Positions 30,196 to 40,027 of a stretch of 52,411 bases of DNA are shown here, in pieces. The position numbers and the translations under genes are program-made. The first letter of the stretch is position 1; every line of letters starts with the position of its first letter. Source of the DNA: Candidatus Hydrogenedens sp. GTDB lineage: Bacteria; Hydrogenedentota; Hydrogenedentia; Hydrogenedentales; Hydrogenedentaceae. Below the pieces are notes generated by a model. That model had not been told where the DNA came from. It saw only the letters and a program-made list of their open reading frames with translations, and ran no database searches. The stretch is taken from NCBI GenBank assembly GCA_049968235.1, contig JBMFRC010000023.1, positions 1 through 52,411 on the forward strand. Reading direction: 5' to 3'.

Positions 30196-33100
30196 TTAGT
30201 TTTTGCCTACACAATAATTATCTTCACTTTCACCCGGACATATATGATACCCATTACTATTAAAGAATTGTATTAACCTTAATAATTCTGTAAGAGATAT
30301 TGTCCAATCTTGTGGATTATAATCACTTCCATGCGGTTTACATGACTTATCACCATTATAACCTGGGACGTATCCATCTTCTGAACTTTCAGAAGGCATA
30401 GCACAATGATATCCCCCTGAATTAAAGAATTGTATAACCCGCAATAATTCACCTAATTCAATAATATGATTTCCGTTTTGGTCGGCAGAATGCTCAGCAG
30501 GGATTTCACCTTCTGTTGTACCTTCTCCTTCTGTTACACCTTCACCTTCCATAGTGCCTTCAGTTATTCCCTCAGGTGTGCCTTCTGTTGTGCCTTCCGG
30601 AGTACCTTCTTGTGAACCTTCGACAGTGCCTTCCGGTGCACCTTCAGGAGTACCTTCGATAGTACCTTCATTTACTCCCTCAGGTGTGCCTTCTGAAATA
30701 CCTTCTCCCTCCGGGATAATCTCAACAAAGTTTGCAGTGATATTTCTATTTTTTGTCATATTTAATTGAAGGATTGGAGAATTAGCATCTTTTGTTTGTA
30801 TATCCCCTGACCAATTCTGGAAAGCCCATCCTTCTGCTGGGATTGCAGTAATTGTAACCGTTTCTCCATCCCAATATGGATATGTTCCGGGAGATGGGTC
30901 GGTTGTTCCTGAACCGCTTACAAATACCGTTAATTTCCATTGTGTGGTCATCAATTGTAATTGTCCGCGGATTTCTCCATTGGGATAATTTTGAGAAGTT
31001 ATCAGGAAGTAATACAGTCCCATGGCTATTTCAGCTGCCTGGCTATTTTCAATTTCAGAATAGAATGAAAGATTGGGAGGATTTCCTATATCGAAAACAA
31101 TGGGACCATTTGTTCCTGGTAAACCTTTATTAATAGTCATTCCTGTAGGGTTCAATACTGAGTGTGAACCCGATAAAGATATGGTATAGTTATCGCTACC
31201 GGGGACAGGTTGCAATACTCCAAATGCCTGTCCGTATGCTCCTGTGGATATTGGTGGAACAATCTGGAATCCTGTCATAGGATTCGCTGTAATGAAGATG
31301 CCTTCAGGAGGAATTGGTCTTAGAACGGTAACTTTTGCAATAGCAGATGCAGTTGTTTTCACTGAATCCGTTGCTGTGCACCAATATTCTCCTGCAGAGT
31401 CGTAGGTTACATCCGGAATATTTAGAACATTTGAAGATGAGCCAACGGGAATTCCATCTTTATACCATTGGTATGTAATAGTTCCTAATCCTCCCGCTGT
31501 TGTTACTTGAAAATGTAAATCACCTCCAACAAATAAATATGTATCTGCTGGATTTTGTATAAAACTGAGAGCATCCACCACTGTAAGAGTTGCAATGTTT
31601 GATGTGATAGTTTCAAAATTGTCCTGTACCTCGCAGAAATAGTTCCCTGCTGTTTCCGTCTGAACATTGGAAAGAACTAATTGCGGAGAGTTTACACCTA
31701 AGTTGATACTAAGACCACCTGCTAATTTCTTATACCAGCGGTATTCAACATTTCCTAGACCTCCGTCAATCACTACAGAGAATGTATGCGTTGTTCCTTT
31801 GTAAACTGTGGCAGATTGAGGATGTTGAATAAAGGACATCCAATTGGCAACTTGTAAAACAGCAGGAGCACTTGTTGCACCAGCATTTTGGTCAGAGACA
31901 AAACATGTGTATGTCCCCGAATCAGAAGGTTGCAAGTTCTCTAAAACTAAGACAGAGTCAGTATATGGGATATCTACACCATTTTTCCTCCATTGGTATC
32001 TATACGGTGGATATCCACCCGATATTGCGACCTCAAAAGTATGGCTTTCACCGGTGTGTTTTAATGCTCCTTGAGGTTGAATATCGAAGTTAAACGGAGG
32101 GAAAACTTGCAATGTTACTTGTTCTGAAGTAAGCATTTCTCTTGCATCAGTTACGATACACCAATATGTACCTTCATCGGTTTCTTGTAATGGATATAAA
32201 AGAAATGTAGCGGAGTTTGGTCCGACATATTCTCCGTCATGAACCCATTGATAATGCACTCCACCTAAACCACCTGTTATTCCAATAGTGAACGTAAAAT
32301 CGTAGCCAAGAATACCTGAACCGGAAACAGGTTGCTGGACAATTTGCATGTGTTCTGCCACTTCAAGGAAAGCTGGAGTTGATTGAATAGTATAAACATC
32401 ATCATAAATAACACAGGTATAATAGCCCATATTTTCAATTTGAGCATCTTCTATTGTCAAAGTAGAACCTTCTTCACCTTCGATAGTCTCACCATTAAAT
32501 TTCCATAAATATCGAAGTGTTCCATTAGGTTCACCTGCTATCACAGGGATAAATGTAAATGTTTCACCTATATATACACCCCCTCCCTGCAAGGGTTGTT
32601 CAAATCGTATACGATTTAGTATCGTTATTTCTGCTGACTGTGAAGCAACTTGTTCTGTACCACTGGTAACAACACAGCGATATGAACCGCCATCTGATAA
32701 CTGGATAGGGTTAAATGATATTGTTTTTTGTGTTTCACCTGATAAATCAGCCCAATTTGCACCATCCCACTTTTGCCATTGGTAAGTAGGAAGGTTATTT
32801 CCTCCACGAACATCAATGGACATGGTGTGACTGTTTTCTCCGGGAACAAGATTTTGTGCTCCAACAGGCTGTTCTGTAATCACTAATGGTGTATATTGCA
32901 CCTCTAATTTTGCAGGGGCTGAACGGCGTGTCCATAGGCTATCGCATATTGTTACTGTAAAGTAACGAGGTTTCGTTGTAGGTAGGGGATAAGCAATCGT
33001 TAAGTCTTCTGAATAAACAGGACTTCCAATAGGAGAAAAGTCATCAATCTTTATTTCTTCCCATTTATATACCTGCGGTATTCCATTATTCTCTCCACCT

Positions 33101-34164
33101 ACCTGGTCAATAGAGAAAGTAACTGGCGTTCCTGATGTTACTGTTTGTGATTCAGGTTGAGCAGTTATTTGTAAAGGTGGATTTTGAATGGATTCATTGA
33201 CCATCCATGCCTGACGATTTCCACTTGCCAATACATATGAATCATAATTGTTCCGAGAGTCATGGTTTAAATTGCCTGTAGATGCTAATAGTTCAGGATG
33301 GCAACGGAATTTTGAGCAATTAAAATTACCAACAAATTCTTCAACGGTCCGGTCAATTTCTGAACCATAAATCTTAATTGTAATCTCTGTTCCATTTGCG
33401 TTAACAGTAACTTCAATATCATCTGTCTTTAATTCACTTAAAATACCCGGCAAAACATCTCTCAACACAGTATAAATAATAACTCGGAATACACTTTTCA
33501 AATGGTCTATCCCTGTAGCCTCACCTACAGTCATGTAACCTGCAATTAAATTGACCATAGCATTTTTAAATAATGGACTTTGCTGTTCTAATAATTGCCA
33601 GAGGGTAGGAACGCCTTCAAAATTACTAACAAATTGACTCACACATAGAGTTGTAATACCCAGTTTTACACATACATCTTTGTCACCTGTCGTTATTGTG
33701 GTACTACCTGTTAATCCATAGGCTTTTACCTGAACATTTCGAATAGTAATTTGTAAAGTTTCTACGACTGCTCTGTTATAAGCAAAGTCATTTCGTATTG
33801 TCTGAATTTCGCTGGGGTTGAGGTTTCCTAAAACGCGTGTCATATCCCCATTTAAGATAGCACCTAACAAATCAAAATGGTCATTATCATTTATACCATT
33901 GCAATCATTATCTGCATTGGAAAAATAAGGACTTGTTTGACACTGAACCTGTCTCCATGCTCCGGGCTGTGGTTGCCCATATTCATCAATGTAATCATAC
34001 CAGGTAGGCAAAAAATCTGCCAAGGCACTGTCTAATGTGTTAAAAATAAAATCAATATCGTATTGTTCCTGGAAACACTGAGAAAATGCAGGTGAAACTG
34101 TCAAAAATAACAGAATTAAACTTAAAATACTTATAATTGCCTTGTAGTGATAATTTTTTATCAT
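30196..34164 (-). CDS. Giant secreted multidomain protein: signal peptide, unknown N-domain, about six Ig-like (I-set type) domains, InlB-type B-repeat (Listeria-Bacteroides repeat) domain, (T/P)EG tandem-repeat linker, duplicated dockerin/EF-hand-like C-terminal module
   Basis: Signal peptide MIKNYHYKAIISILSLILLFLTVSPAFSQ. Six occurrences of the Ig I-set core GxYxCxVxD (GSYRCVVTS, GYYTCVIYD, GTYWCIVTD, GTYTCFVSD, GNYFCEVQD, GEYWCTATD), each preceded by a W about 35-40 aa upstream. WKLTVFVSGSGTTDP...GWAFQNWSGD matches the InlB B-repeat. The (T/P)EG tandem-repeat linker lies at 30505-30711. Two C-terminal segments: DQNGNHIIELGELLRVIQFF and NPQDWTISLTELLRLIQFF. Confidence 0.7.
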   Translation of the reverse strand: MIKNYHYKAIISILSLILLFLTVSPAFSQCFQEQYDIDFIFNTLDSALADFLPTWYDYIDEYGQPQPGAWRQVQCQTSPYFSNADNDCNGINDNDHFDLLGAILNGDMTRVLGNLNPSEIQTIRNDFAYNRAVVETLQITIRNVQVKAYGLTGSTTITTGDKDVCVKLGITTLCVSQFVSNFEGVPTLWQLLEQQSPLFKNAMVNLIAGYMTVGEATGIDHLKSVFRVIIYTVLRDVLPGILSELKTDDIEVTVNANGTEITIKIYGSEIDRTVEEFVGNFNCSKFRCHPELLASTGNLNHDSRNNYDSYVLASGNRQAWMVNESIQNPPLQITAQPESQTVTSGTPVTFSIDQVGGENNGIPQVYKWEEIKIDDFSPIGSPVYSEDLTIAYPLPTTKPRYFTVTICDSLWTRRSAPAKLEVQYTPLVITEQPVGAQNLVPGENSHTMSIDVRGGNNLPTYQWQKWDGANWADLSGETQKTISFNPIQLSDGGSYRCVVTSGTEQVASQSAEITILNRIRFEQPLQGGGVYIGETFTFIPVIAGEPNGTLRYLWKFNGETIEGEEGSTLTIEDAQIENMGYYTCVIYDDVYTIQSTPAFLEVAEHMQIVQQPVSGSGILGYDFTFTIGITGGLGGVHYQWVHDGEYVGPNSATFLLYPLQETDEGTYWCIVTDAREMLTSEQVTLQVFPPFNFDIQPQGALKHTGESHTFEVAISGGYPPYRYQWRKNGVDIPYTDSVLVLENLQPSDSGTYTCFVSDQNAGATSAPAVLQVANWMSFIQHPQSATVYKGTTHTFSVVIDGGLGNVEYRWYKKLAGGLSINLGVNSPQLVLSNVQTETAGNYFCEVQDNFETITSNIATLTVVDALSFIQNPADTYLFVGGDLHFQVTTAGGLGTITYQWYKDGIPVGSSSNVLNIPDVTYDSAGEYWCTATDSVKTTASAIAKVTVLRPIPPEGIFITANPMTGFQIVPPISTGAYGQAFGVLQPVPGSDNYTISLSGSHSVLNPTGMTINKGLPGTNGPIVFDIGNPPNLSFYSEIENSQAAEIAMGLYYFLITSQNYPNGEIRGQLQLMTTQWKLTVFVSGSGTTDPSPGTYPYWDGETVTITAIPAEGWAFQNWSGDIQTKDANSPILQLNMTKNRNITANFVEIIPEGEGISEGTPEGVNEGTIEGTPEGAPEGTVEGSQEGTPEGTTEGTPEGITEGTMEGEGVTEGEGTTEGEIPAEHSADQNGNHIIELGELLRVIQFFNSGGYHCAMPSESSEDGYVPGYNGDKSCKPHGSDYNPQDWTISLTELLRLIQFFNSNGYHICPGESEDNYCVGKN
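30505..30711 (-). repeat. In-frame tandem 12-nt-periodic repeat encoding (T/P)EG-x units inside the giant protein gene
   Basis: About 17 imperfect copies of ccttc-NNNN-gtNcc on the + strand, encoding EGTPEGVNEGTIEGTPEGAPEGTVEG... on the minus strand. Confidence 0.8.
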
Positions 34165-34333
34165 AACATACTCTCCTAAAATATTTTTTTCTATTTTCTA
34201 TTCTAATAACATTTTATCATATAAAATTAATATATTAAAACAAAAATAGCATTTCTTTTTTTACTTTTTTTATAGATTGTTTTTGAAATATTCGGAAGGG
34301 AAGGAAGAAGATATGGAAGGGAAATAAAAATAA

Positions 34334-34409
<76 letters not shown>

Positions 34410-34454
34410 ACACGGAATATAATTTTAGCATAGAATAATAGAAAAAATAAAGTT

Positions 34455-35021
34455 TTATGATATTTTGCGTTGTAACAAATCAAGGAATTCTTTTCGTGTA
34501 ATATCATCGTTATGAAAACTTCCTAAGACGGAAGATGTAGTCATAACAGAATTTTGTTTTTCAACACCTCGCATCATGCAACAGAGATGTTTACATTCCA
34601 TTACAACTCCTACACCTTCTGCATGTGTATAATCCATAATAGCTCTTGCAATTTGTGCTGTTAGTCGTTCTTGAATTTGGAGACGGCGAGCATAAAAATC
34701 AACGATACGGGCAATTTTGCTTAATCCAATTACTTTTTTTTGTGCAATGTAACCGACATGACATCGACCAAAAAAGGGGAGCATATGATGCTCACATAGG
34801 CTATATACCTCTATATCTCTTGATATTATCATATTATTGCTTTCTGCCTGAAAAATAGCATTATTAATTATACTCTGCAAGTCTTTTCGATAACCGGAAG
34901 TCAGAAATTCATAGGCTTTTGCCACACGATAGGGAGTTTTTTTCAGTCCTTCTCTATTCGGGTCTTCTCCAATTTCAATTAAAATTTCACGGACCAGTTC
35001 GGCAATTCGGTCAATATTCAT
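34455..35021 (-). CDS. folE: GTP cyclohydrolase I
   Basis: [10 protein letters not shown]...CHVGYI zinc and active-site signature. Confidence 0.92.
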   Translation of the reverse strand: MNIDRIAELVREILIEIGEDPNREGLKKTPYRVAKAYEFLTSGYRKDLQSIINNAIFQAESNNMIISRDIEVYSLCEHHMLPFFGRCHVGYIAQKKVIGLSKIARIVDFYARRLQIQERLTAQIARAIMDYTHAEGVGVVMECKHLCCMMRGVEKQNSVMTTSSVLGSFHNDDITRKEFLDLLQRKIS

Positions 35022-35562
35022 TTAAAAATTCCTTCCATAATTTTTCTGTAAAATTACAGTTGATTTTTAATTTATCTATTTTATACTCGGAAACAAATGA
35101 TAGCAAAGGAATATTTTTTGGGTAAATTATAAGGTTTGGATTGAGATATAACAAACCTGCAAATAAAAAATCTCTTAGAAATATATCTGTGTCAGGAATT
35201 ACTAAATTCTCAGTATTTTCTATTACATTTTTAAATAGTAATATGTCTAAATCTATTGTTCTCGGTGCATATTTGTCAATCGAATGAATTCTCTTCAGTT
35301 GTTTCTCAATATCTTTTAGTATATTAAACTTTAATTCAAACGGTGTTATTTCTTTTTTAAGTTCTGTCTCAATTACGCCATTGAAGAAATCCGGTTGCTT
35401 TTCTTTACCACCTATTGGCTGAGTGATAAAAATAGGAGAGATATTATTAATAATTAAATGTTTTTTTAGTAAATACAAAGATTTGGGTATGTTTATTTCG
35501 GGTTCAATATTAGAACCTATTCCTATGTAAATATATTCATTTAGAAGATTTGCTTGTGTCAT
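35011..35562 (-). CDS. folK: 6-hydroxymethyl-7,8-dihydropterin pyrophosphokinase (HPPK)
   Basis: [10 protein letters not shown]-terminal HPPK motif. 183 aa. Confidence 0.8.
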   Translation of the reverse strand: MTQANLLNEYIYIGIGSNIEPEINIPKSLYLLKKHLIINNISPIFITQPIGGKEKQPDFFNGVIETELKKEITPFELKFNILKDIEKQLKRIHSIDKYAPRTIDLDILLFKNVIENTENLVIPDTDIFLRDFLFAGLLYLNPNLIIYPKNIPLLSFVSEYKIDKLKINCNFTEKLWKEFLNEY

Positions 35563-35924
35563 TTTTTCATTCGAGTAATTTCTACGGCAACACTTTTAGC
35601 AAATCGAAGCACACCGGGTTTATCTATTGTTACAGTTACTCCTTTTACTTTGTCAAACGATAAGCATATATTTGCAATTTCCTCAGCCATTCGTTCTATA
35701 AGGAAAAAAGAGGTATTTTCTATTGATTTTAAGATAGTTTTCTTTACTTTTTTATAATCTAATGCATCTTCAATATTGTCTGATATTCCAGCCGGTTTAC
35801 AGTCTGTATAAAGAATTATGTTTATCAGGATGTCTTGTTTTTCTCTTCTTTCATCTGGCTCAATCCCGATAATACAACGGACTTGTAAATCACGAATATA
35901 AATCTTATCAAATAATTCCATCAT
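35559..35924 (-). CDS. folB: Dihydroneopterin aldolase
   Basis: IYIRDLQVRCIIGIEPDER ... 121 aa, typical FolB. Confidence 0.85.
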   Translation of the reverse strand: MMELFDKIYIRDLQVRCIIGIEPDERREKQDILINIILYTDCKPAGISDNIEDALDYKKVKKTILKSIENTSFFLIERMAEEIANICLSFDKVKGVTVTIDKPGVLRFAKSVAVEITRMKK

Positions 35925-36672
35925 TTACACTCCCTAATAAAAATCGCCCACCATCTATAAATATGACCTGACCTGTGATGAATTTTGCTTTTAGCAAAAA
36001 AACTACAGCGTCAGAGACATCATTTTCATTACCAAATGTTTGGAGTGGATTTGTTTTACTCATTTTTTTAAGGTATTCATGTGTTTCACCCGGAGGTGGA
36101 AGTATTAGTCCCGGAGCAATAGCATTTACCCTTATTTTGGGGGCAAATTCTATTGCTAAAGTGCGGGTAATATAACGGAGTAATTGCTTGCCTAAATAAT
36201 AAGAGGAATGTCGTAAATCATAATCCCAAAGACGGGTATCTAAAATATTAATAATAATACCTTGTTCACATTGGGAATAGAGGCATCGAGATAATTGTAA
36301 TGGTGCCCATGCATGGATGTTTATTGATGTGATTAAATCTTCATAAGAAAAAGTTTTTATGTCGTGTTCAGGAAAGATGCTTGCATTATTTATAACAATA
36401 TCTATTTTCCCTAATTTATTTATTGCTGATTCAAACAGTATTTCTCCTGCATTTGTTATATTAAGGTCTTGCTTTATAAGTGTTGTTTTTATTGGATAAT
36501 TTTCTAAAGCTTTTTGTAATTGTTTTGCATCTTTATCTGAAGAGTTGTAATGTAAAGCAAGGTTTATGCCCTCCTGTGCTAAACGAAGAGATAAGTGTTT
36601 GCCAATTCGTTTTGCACTACCTGTGATAATAGCATTCATTCCTTTCAAGGGTAGCATCTTCTTAAATTCCAC
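35908..36672 (-). CDS. SDR-family oxidoreductase, likely pteridine/dihydromonapterin reductase (FolM/PTR1-like) by context
   Basis: TGSAKRIG cofactor motif, SDR catalytic Y-xxx-K (SSYYLGK). Co-oriented with folEKB with overlapping ends. Confidence 0.55.
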   Translation of the reverse strand: MEFKKMLPLKGMNAIITGSAKRIGKHLSLRLAQEGINLALHYNSSDKDAKQLQKALENYPIKTTLIKQDLNITNAGEILFESAINKLGKIDIVINNASIFPEHDIKTFSYEDLITSINIHAWAPLQLSRCLYSQCEQGIIINILDTRLWDYDLRHSSYYLGKQLLRYITRTLAIEFAPKIRVNAIAPGLILPPPGETHEYLKKMSKTNPLQTFGNENDVSDAVVFLLKAKFITGQVIFIDGGRFLLGSVNDGII

Positions 36673-36686
36673 TTAAACCTACATTG

Positions 36687-38729
36687 TTATTTTATTTTCA
36701 TTTTAACAAAATATTTTTGTATCCCTCTCTGGATTTCAAAAACAAAATTGTTCTTATTTTGCTGTTTAATAGTATTCAATTTTTCTTTAAAATCCTTAAT
36801 ATTTTCTATAGGGTCATTCTGTAGAGATAGAATAATATCTCCTTGTTCTAATTTAGCAATACTTGCCCAACCTCCGGAAATCACCTGTTCAATAAATACG
36901 CCCTTTACATCTTCTTTCAAATTCATATCAACTCTATCGTAAAAACATATATCTCTTACAGTAAATTCCAGCCATTCGTCTTGATATTTCTCGACCATAT
37001 TTCGTGAGATAGGTTCTTTAATAAGTTGTATAGGAATTTGTTTGACTTCATTTTCTCGGATAATGGAGATTGTAATTTCCTGGTCAATAGAAAAGCCACG
37101 AACTTTTTCCTTCCATTCTTCATAATCTTCTACTTTGGTAGCATGGAATTTTTCGTTCTCAATTTCTTTAATAATATCGCCGACTCGCAATTCTTCCAGT
37201 CCTTTTTCTTTTATGGGATAAATTCGTGTTATGATAAAACCACCTCCTTCTAAGTTCTTTTTTTCTGCCATTTCTTTTGTCAGAACCTGAACTTCCACGC
37301 CTATCCAGGGTTTACTGGCTTCTCTAATCGGTTCCACAGTTTGAGCATCCCCAACTTTTACCATTGAATAAATCCTGTTTCGATTTCTTTCTGCGATTAT
37401 AAGGACTTTTTCTTTCTTTTCTTGTAATAGAGAATTTGTTTTCTTTTCTAAATCTTCCAATGAAGATATTTTTTCATTCTCAATTTCTAATATTACATCT
37501 CCAGCCTGTAAGGGCGGTTTTGCCTGTGCTGAATTACCGCCCATTCGTAGCGACGTAATGAGGACACCGTTTGTATTATCTCTATTTTTATTAAGAGCAA
37601 AGAACCAGTTAAGATTTTTGGCGGTAAAGCCCCATGCTTGAAATTCTTTTTCTTCTGTTTGAGGGAAATCATATAAAATAGGTATAACGGGAATGTCTAA
37701 TTTAACAGAATTACGAATAATAGAAAAGTTAACGGGCTTATCTGTTGGTAAGGAGCATAAAATGTTGTTAATTAATGGAATTTGTTCCATATACTTGACA
37801 TCAATAGGTTCATCATTTATTTTTATTAAAATATCACCTATTTTTATACCTGATTTATCCGCCGGGGAATCTGGATATACATATCTGACGAGAGCACCTG
37901 TATCTAATTTCTCTGCTTCGGTAATAGGTTGTATTTCAAGTCCTGTCCATGACCTTTTAACTTTACCATTTTGTATAATATCGTTTACGACTTTTTTAAC
38001 TAAGTTGGAAGGGATAGCCCCGCCGAGAGCATATTTAATTTCATTTATACCTATAATTTCTCCTTGAAGGTTAACAAGAGGACCTCCTGAACTACCTGGG
38101 CTAATTTCTGCATTGTGTCCTAACCAACATACCAAACTCCCAATATTTTCTCCTTCTTCTGACAATATTTCAAAACTGTTCAATTTATAGGGTAATATCA
38201 TTCGTTGATTGCTAATAATCCCCAGAGTAACAGATGGATTTAAAGCCATAGGAGAACCCATTGCTAAAACATAATCTCCTACTTTTGTATAATCAGAATC
38301 TCCAAAAGACCCAAACACAAAATTTTGGGGCTCGTCGGTAACAATTTTAAGAACGCTTATATCCGTCAGGGCATCTGTTCCAATCAGTTTTAGTGGATAG
38401 TTTTTTAAATTTGAAAAGGAACAATCTGCAAAATATGCTTTGCCTGCTACATGGTGATTTGTTACAATGTAACCATCTGCAGAAATAACTATTCCACTAC
38501 CATATTTTTCCTGTTTTAACTCCCTTCCTTCTGAATAATATTTTTCAATAACATGTATTCGAACAAGGGCAGGTTGCAGTTTGTTCACAGTACGGATAAT
38601 AGAATCTTGAATTTGTTCGGGAAGGGTTCCCATATTCGATGGAGCGATATTTTCTCCTGAATATATTGTTGAAATGGTAGAAGAAAACAGGAAAAGAAAG
38701 AGAGGAATCATTTTTGTAAGAAGTTGCAT
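36687..38729 (-). CDS. HtrA/DegP-family periplasmic serine protease with four PDZ domains
   Basis: Signal peptide. Catalytic triad context TNHHV (His) ... D ... GSSGGPLV (Ser). Four successive GD(I/V)I(L)-type PDZ cores at residues about 250-340, 360-450, 470-560 and 590-680. Confidence 0.8.
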   Translation of the reverse strand: MQLLTKMIPLFLFLFSSTISTIYSGENIAPSNMGTLPEQIQDSIIRTVNKLQPALVRIHVIEKYYSEGRELKQEKYGSGIVISADGYIVTNHHVAGKAYFADCSFSNLKNYPLKLIGTDALTDISVLKIVTDEPQNFVFGSFGDSDYTKVGDYVLAMGSPMALNPSVTLGIISNQRMILPYKLNSFEILSEEGENIGSLVCWLGHNAEISPGSSGGPLVNLQGEIIGINEIKYALGGAIPSNLVKKVVNDIIQNGKVKRSWTGLEIQPITEAEKLDTGALVRYVYPDSPADKSGIKIGDILIKINDEPIDVKYMEQIPLINNILCSLPTDKPVNFSIIRNSVKLDIPVIPILYDFPQTEEKEFQAWGFTAKNLNWFFALNKNRDNTNGVLITSLRMGGNSAQAKPPLQAGDVILEIENEKISSLEDLEKKTNSLLQEKKEKVLIIAERNRNRIYSMVKVGDAQTVEPIREASKPWIGVEVQVLTKEMAEKKNLEGGGFIITRIYPIKEKGLEELRVGDIIKEIENEKFHATKVEDYEEWKEKVRGFSIDQEITISIIRENEVKQIPIQLIKEPISRNMVEKYQDEWLEFTVRDICFYDRVDMNLKEDVKGVFIEQVISGGWASIAKLEQGDIILSLQNDPIENIKDFKEKLNTIKQQNKNNFVFEIQRGIQKYFVKMKIK

Positions 38730-38868
38730 ATTCGGTCTTTCTAAGTATAAAAAATAGGAATTATATTTTTGGGTTGTTTATAATATAAACCTTACATAAT
38801 ACATATAAAGAACTTGTGGTTTCTATATTTTATATAAAAATTTTATAAAAAGGAAAGTAGTCTTTGTA

Positions 38869-40014
38869 ATGAAAAATGTAATACATATTGATTCTTTACA
38901 TATTTTCTTCATAATCATAAGTGGCATGTTTGGTGCAGTGTTTGGTAGTTTTTGCAATGTTTGTATTTATAGATTTCCTCGTGGAGAATCCATAATAAAA
39001 CCTGCTTCTCACTGTCCCAAATGCCAGAATCCTATTGCCTGGTATGATAATATTCCCCTAATTAGTTGGGTTATGTTACTCGGCAAATGTAGACATTGTA
39101 AAACAAATATTAGTATTCAATATCCACTCATAGAACTAATTACCGCTCTTTTATTTGTTATTGTGTATTTAAAATTCCGTTTTTCTCTGGCTACAGTAGT
39201 GTATTCTTTTTTAAGTGCAGGATTAGTAATTGTTATTGTTCAGGACTTGCAAACATGGACTATTCCTGATGAAATAACTTTAACAGGAATATTGTTAGGT
39301 GTAGGTGTATCTGTATTGAGTATGTTTTTCCCTGAACAAGGGTTGCGGGTTCACAATCCATTCGAAGCAATTGATGGAGTTGCTCTTGGGGCTCTACTTA
39401 TTTGTCTGATGGATTTGATAGTCATTTTGTTAATGAAGAAACCTGGAATGGGGTTTGGCGATGTAAAACTGTTAAGTATGTTAGGGGCATTTTTAGGATG
39501 GCGTGGCGTTTTAGGAAGTTTAATGATTGGTTCTATGGCAGGAAGTATAATTGGTTTTTTTGTTATTTTTTATTATCGATATATAAAAAAGATAGAGGAT
39601 ACAGATGATGGAGAAAGTGAAGAAAATGATACAAGTTTCTATCCTATTGACCCTATTGCAAGTATATTTTTAGGATTATCTTCCGTTTATTTAACAATAA
39701 GATTATTATTATCCCTAAAACATCATATATCTTCAAGCATTCCCAATGAAATTATACAGGGTTTTTCTTATCTGGCTATTGCTTTTATGGTATTTTCATT
39801 TCTCATTTCACTTATATCTATTTTTATATGGAGAAGACAAACTTCAATAGATAGTAAGGCAACTATGGACATAAATGAGGAAGAAATGGAAATAACTTTA
39901 AAGGCACACTATATTCCTTTTGGTCCTTATCTTTCTCTGGGAGGTTTTATTTTTCTGTTATTTGGACCGGAATTAATTTCTAGATATTTACAAGTTCTTA
40001 CAATTACACAATAA
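38869..40014 (+). CDS. pilD: Prepilin peptidase (A24 family) with N-terminal zinc-binding domain and an about 120-aa insert before the last TM helix
   Basis: CPKC...CRHC zinc tetrad. Catalytic Asp contexts VQDLQTW and GFGDVKLL. Terminal IPFGPYLSLG helix. An acidic/TM insert lies between them. Confidence 0.75.
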   Translation: MKNVIHIDSLHIFFIIISGMFGAVFGSFCNVCIYRFPRGESIIKPASHCPKCQNPIAWYDNIPLISWVMLLGKCRHCKTNISIQYPLIELITALLFVIVYLKFRFSLATVVYSFLSAGLVIVIVQDLQTWTIPDEITLTGILLGVGVSVLSMFFPEQGLRVHNPFEAIDGVALGALLICLMDLIVILLMKKPGMGFGDVKLLSMLGAFLGWRGVLGSLMIGSMAGSIIGFFVIFYYRYIKKIEDTDDGESEENDTSFYPIDPIASIFLGLSSVYLTIRLLLSLKHHISSSIPNEIIQGFSYLAIAFMVFSFLISLISIFIWRRQTSIDSKATMDINEEEMEITLKAHYIPFGPYLSLGGFIFLLFGPELISRYLQVLTITQ

Positions 40015-40027
40015 TAAGATAGCCTAT

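Noticed and set aside
30554-30769. + strand ORF encoding a PSG(V/A)PS repeat peptide
   Set aside because: It is the antisense shadow of the (T/P)EG tandem repeat inside the giant minus-strand gene.
34165-34333. Sigma54 promoter upstream of the giant adhesin gene (as target of the adjacent NtrC-type regulator)
   Set aside because: Reading the minus strand, no GG-N10-GC element with a TGGCAC/TTGC match is present. Only AT-rich sigma70-like hexamers and an AGGAGAG RBS are there.
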